Positions 62,480 through 64,000 of a stretch of 64,000 nt of DNA are shown here, piece by piece. The position numbers were made by a program, and so were the translations under genes. The notes under the pieces were generated by a model. The model worked only from the letters and a program-made list of their open reading frames with translations. It searched no databases and was not told where the DNA came from. Position 1 is the first letter of the stretch. Each line of letters opens with the position of its first letter. Source of the stretch: Thalia democratica (Eukaryota); NCBI GenBank assembly GCA_965202585.1, contig OZ241828.1, positions 4,464,001-4,528,000 on the forward strand, written 5' to 3'.

Positions 62480-64000
62480 AACAAAAACTAAAGTAGTTTT
62501 TGTTAGGTATATATTTTCAATTTTCTAACAATATTTTTCGGCAAATTTTTGTTTCTTTTGCCATTTTTTCCCTTTTTTTTATAAGCTATGGTACTCCATA
62601 ATTTACAAAAAAAGAAAAAAAAACAATCAAGCTATTGCACGTATTAAACTTTGGTTGTAAATGTGCGCTACACTTTAAGAAAATACATTTTTGTGGAAGT
62701 TTTATAGGATCTGAATTTTATTTAATAGTTGATGGTCCGAAAGTTAGTTTGAAAATTCGTCTGATAAGTTGATAATTGCATTGAAAACGTCAACATCTGT
62801 TGTTAGTTTGATGCTTTTAAAGGTTGTGGAATTTTGTATAGTTTTTTTTTTCTTTTATCTGAAACCCGTATAGTCTAACTTTGTTACTCTTAGTTCTTTT
62901 TTTCTGGTAAAACCAAGTTAGGTTTTTAAGTTGCAATGTACGAAATACCAGAAATGCTAAAAATAGTATCAAGTTTTTATCTGTATAAGCAGTAATTTTC
63001 ATATGCTTACTTTTAAGAAAAGATAAAATTTCATTTCTAAACTCATAGACTAATTATCACATCAAACGAATCTTAACCAAAGAACAAGCCAAAAGTAAAC
63101 TAGGTCAACGTATTGACTTTTCGTTTTTCTACTATTTTTTGAAACTGTCGGTGGTAAAGTTTGTTTGACAAAATTGTGTTCACTACTTAAGTTATTAATT
63201 TCATAATTTCTTATGCTTGTTATCTTCGCTCATAATGCTTCCTGGTTTATTACTAAATGAAGTTAATGATAAACAACATAAGTTCAAGATCTGGTTTTAA
63301 ACAAAATCATATTATCATTATGTATCTAGCAATAATTGCAGTAACAACATTGTTTACAAAAACTTAAAATCAACACCCATTATACTGGTGCATTGCACCT
63401 TTGCTAATAAACTAACTTAATCTATTTTTGTGCTTTGCATTGGAATTAAACCTAGAAATTCTTCTAAAATATCAAAGTTAGTTAAAACACCTCTTATAAA
63501 ACTTCTCTAATGAGCAGGATCTGTTGTATCAGTGGTCTTATGTTAACAAATTGATTAAATACTTAATTTGATTATTATTGCTTTATAATCTTCAGAAATC
63601 TTCTAAACACGAATTTTTTTGTTATTGAACAATTAAACAAAAGTGTTTTACTACCGCCAAAACATTTTCTTTAAAAAAGTTTTCAATTCTTAACGGTATT
63701 TTCTTTTTAGTAATCACTTTTGCTACTTTATAACTTGCCTTAACATTTTTTTCTATTAATTCTGTAACTACAAGAAGATAATCATGTGCTTTGTTGAAAC
63801 TGACTTAGGTAGTTTTTTTTTTTATTTCGTTTCTCGCAATAACTCCTAACTAACGTTTTTTTAATTCTTATTGCTCGTTTTATATTTCACATTTACTCTT
63901 TTAAAACCCAATACTTTATTGCAGATAACAAATTGCAGTAATGCTCAATAATAAAATAATTTTTCTACTTCTTTAATGGCTTAATTAATTGTATACTTTA
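62480..64000 (-). pseudogene. Decayed hAT transposase, SPIN/Buster/GTF2IRD2-like
   Basis: Minus-strand remnants occur in the expected order: AIC-IC---VLKE-NVK (BED-like finger), KASYKVAKVITKKKIP, TTDTTDPAH-RSFIRGVLTNFDILEEFLGLIPMQST (first catalytic Asp region), NAP-IMG (DGAPSM-like), HLVINQEAL-AK (C(2)H motif), HRQFQK, SQYVDLVYFWLVLWL (VRWLS-like), FLAFLV (ORF 62817..63002). Many stops and frameshifts. Confidence 0.85.

Larger units (their letters stand above)
61644..64000 (-). mobile_element. hAT DNA transposon (Buster/SPIN/Charlie-like), probably running past the window end
   Basis: Terminus CAGGGATCGGCAAACT, at least six GGCCCG subterminal motifs (61660-61780), an 8-bp flank attTAgag fitting the nnnTAnnn Buster target pattern, and a decayed hAT transposase on the minus strand at about 62480-64000. 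That the terminus and the transposase are one element is inferred. Confidence 0.72.

Noticed and set aside
1-64000. Assigning a species or an ortholog gene symbol
   Set aside because: The composition is compatible with several AT-rich invertebrates, and the proteins match only the generic C2H2 pattern.

Overview
Very AT-rich eukaryotic (most likely invertebrate animal) genomic DNA; the species cannot be assigned from sequence alone. The window is a tandem, all-minus-strand cluster of 15 paralogous C2H2 zinc-finger loci of one family. The basic architecture is a short N-terminal leader (about 12-20 aa) with no recognisable effector domain, 7 fingers (8 in two copies), position-specific linkers (SGEKPY, SGLKIY, TDDKPF, SGKKDF, TKEKPH, TGDRPF) and a C-terminal HQK-stop. 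Five copies are intact, two carry a single nonsense codon, one is open but degenerate, four are multiply disabled and three are partial. Recognition-helix residues are hypervariable on a conserved frame. The paralogs are mosaics of shared 5' and 3' modules, and most have a splice acceptor 1-25 nt upstream of the ATG. The spacers hold duplicated flanking blocks and DNA transposon relics: a Mutator/foldback-like element with a 9-bp target duplication, a 493-bp MITE, and a hAT (Buster/SPIN-like) element with a decayed transposase inserted into the last zinc-finger gene. No rRNA, tRNA or CRISPR array is supported. All alignments were done by eye, so repeat boundaries are approximate.
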